DNA of 61,766 bases, counting the filler, from Basidioascus undulatus (lineage: Eukaryota), in the NCBI GenBank assembly GCA_000826855.1. It is 11 parts of 11 records of this genome, joined end to end, with 100 filler letters (N's around TTAATTAATTAA, not from the genome) between each part and the next. Parts side by side here need not be neighbours in the genome. Positions count along the whole stretch, not along the records: positions 58,167 to 61,766 come from JTLS01002369.1; 10 more parts are not named here. One strand, written 5' to 3'. The stretch's first letter is position 1. Each line of letters starts with the position of its first letter. The translations under genes and the position numbers were made by a program. Below the pieces are notes generated by a model. That model was not told the origin of the DNA and searched no databases. It worked only from the letters and a program-made list of their open reading frames with translations. Shown here piece after piece: positions 59,660 to 61,766 of this stretch.

Positions 59660-61766
59660 GAGGGGTGGTGGGGGTGGTGGGGATTGGGAGGGAGAAGGGG
59701 AGGGGAGAAGACAACACGCGACGCGTGCGCGTAGCGCTTGTTTCAGCGTCGAAGTGCAGCCGAGCCGGCCCTAGTCAACGCCCGCCCAGCGCGCTCGAGT
59801 ATTTCTGCTTCTTCTCTCCCTTCCTTCTCACCATCCCATCTCACCATCCTCCTCTCAATTCTCATCCCACTTCCATACAAGTCTCATCAGGTTAGTCGAC
59901 GGTCTTCCCCTTCTCCCCCACTCTGCACTCCACTACCCTGCGCGGCTCGTCTCGCCCCGCGCCAGCGCATTCAAGATGAACTACATATACACAATCAAAC
60001 TAGAGTTTATGAGCCCCGACGGGGCACTGATCTCTTTTATATGCTCTTTCTGAACGTCCGCCATCCTGGGCATATTGCTCGCGGGACGCGAGGGGACACG
60101 CAGGGCGGCCAATCCACTTGAACAACGGGACTGACCTGCCTTCCCCTTCGCCTCAGATCTCCCTCCTTCCTCCAGCTGCACCTTACACCCCTTCCCATTG
60201 CTGTTACTGGTGAGTTATGAACTATACTTCCCCCTCGTCCCCGGCTGCACCGCGCGAAGATGAGTAATGGTATTACCGCCTGACGGGCGGGGCCCACAAC
60301 TCCCCGTCCGTTGACGACAACCCAAGGCTGTACATTTTATGTATACTGAGCGCACGTCCAGCCGGGGTCGGGTGGTGTCCTTACTCCCCCATTCGGCCGC
60401 TAACTCTCCATCACAGACCTTTGGCAGATGTCCTTCTGTTCCCACGTCACCCGCGGGCGTTCTCAGACTGGTGAGCATTCCTTTTCCATTTGGAACGTGC
60501 AGCAAAGGTGGCGCGAGGGGTACCTCTTCATGTGATGATACCATACACGACGGTCTGCCGACGATTCGTGACGGAAAACGGCCGAACCCAATTCTGTATC
60601 CCGGCCACTATTCTGATCCTGTCGATGAACCCTCCGCTGTGTTGCGCTGCTGCACACTGTTCATGTCGAGCGTTGGAGTAGTGTACTGATTCAACGGAGG
60701 TCGTTGGAATAGGATGCAGGTTGAAGGGGATGTCGGTGAGTATCGTACTCGAGGTGATCCGTCTTGGGTTCTTCCTAGCTTTCTATGATCTTGTCCAATC
60801 CAATTCATGTGCCTTCCATACCTTTGGCGTGCGACTGTGATGAGAGCATGAGAAGCACCTGCCATTTTAAAGGAGAACCCATTCGTCTGAACAACGCGTC
60901 TGCGCGCAGCTGATCCAGCCAGATCGAGCAATAGGTACTGCGCAGGAAAAAGCCTTAAGGACATCCCAGTTCTCCATAGCATCTCAGGCTCAGGATTTTG
61001 CTACCAGGCTGTAAAACTCCACGGCCATTCCGCGAACTTCTCTCAAACCAGCACACCTACTAAGGTCAGCTACAAATGTTACCATTCTTGAGTCGCATAT
61101 TGACATAGCAGCCCCCCTTCCCTCCGCCCGCCCGCCCATCTAGGTACCCGAGCTCCCGCCCACGGCAGAGCGGCGGGTTAACTTGCGCGTCGCCACCTGA
61201 GCCTGAGCCTGAGCTTGCAAGGCAATGCAGGGGAACCAATGATGAGCACGGAAGAAAAAAACATAAGTAAGGCAGTGTGCACCGTGTGCTTCCCTTCGAC
61301 TCTTTCTTCTGCTGCTGCTGCGGCTTGGCGCTCGGATCGAGGTCGGGCTGGGGCATGAACAAGAGCTGAAGCACAAAGCACAGAGCATTTAGTCAGCGGT
61401 ACTCTTTGGATAAAGGTGATGGACTAAGAAAGGAACAGGCACACCTAGTCAATGTCTAAGTCCCACCTGAGGGTGTAGGGGCTGTGAGTGTGAATAGAAA
61501 TACGAAAAGGGAATGGGGATGACACACTGGGGAATGCGCTTGCAGTTCAGGTTCCTGTCAGTCCTGTGTAAGCAGAAGCAGGAATCGAATTCAGCATTTT
61601 GCGGTGGAGGGTTGGGTGCGAGGGGTGGGCAGCAGGGTAAGGGGAGCGATGGGGAAGAAGAAGCGAAGGGGCGGCGGATGGATGGGGAGTGGAGGGTGGC
61701 GTGGGTGCAGAAGGGTAAGAGGTAGGAGTGGTGAGAGGGGGAGGGGGAGGAAGAGGGGGAGAGCGG

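Noticed and set aside
60837..60891. C/D box pair GTGATGA...CTGA (also 33594-33670)
   Set aside because: Too short or no convincing rRNA antisense element (7 nt at most), and no terminal stem.
24541..61766. Functional gene cluster across segments (e.g. ALDH + GT32 + PRS + lipase)
   Set aside because: These genes are on separate, unordered contigs.
1..61766. tRNA, rRNA genes and CRISPR arrays
   Set aside because: GTTCGA-like hits lack cloverleaf context; there is no rRNA-length homology and no repeat-spacer array.
59740..61766. Short ORFs in the terminal region (likewise 1-600, 8560-9400, 39616-41400)
   Set aside because: No codon bias, motif or coherent splice structure that I could support.

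Overview
This is intron-rich, GC-rich fungal nuclear DNA. Donor sites GTGCGT/GTACGT/GTCCGT and the gene set point to a basidiomycete, probably Pucciniomycotina (inference). Bases 1-24540 are one contig. The rest is ten ~3.6-kb contigs joined by artificial 100-nt N44-TTAATTAATTAA-N44 linkers and sorted by decreasing length, so adjacency across linkers means nothing. Recognisable genes are an MP88-like GPI mannoprotein, a divergent mitochondrial carrier, TFIIIC Tfc6, a second GPI protein, NIP7, proteasome alpha6, Yen1/GEN1, C9orf78/Tls1, an Msc7-type ALDH, a TPR protein, PRPP synthetase, Tgl2 lipase, a PB1 protein, an F-box protein and Spc34. Three observations stand out. (1) A candidate H/ACA snoRNA sits in the long first intron of the TPR gene; its 3' pocket brackets the conserved LSU rRNA sequence GCGAAAG-ACUA-AUCGAACCAU with an atypical 4-nt gap. 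(2) A Gyp8/TBC RabGAP is fused in frame, within one exon, to an Och1-like GT32 domain; this may be real or a misjoin. (3) Frameshifted F-box/LRR relics fill many intergenic spaces. All family calls rest on motif recognition by eye; no searches were run.
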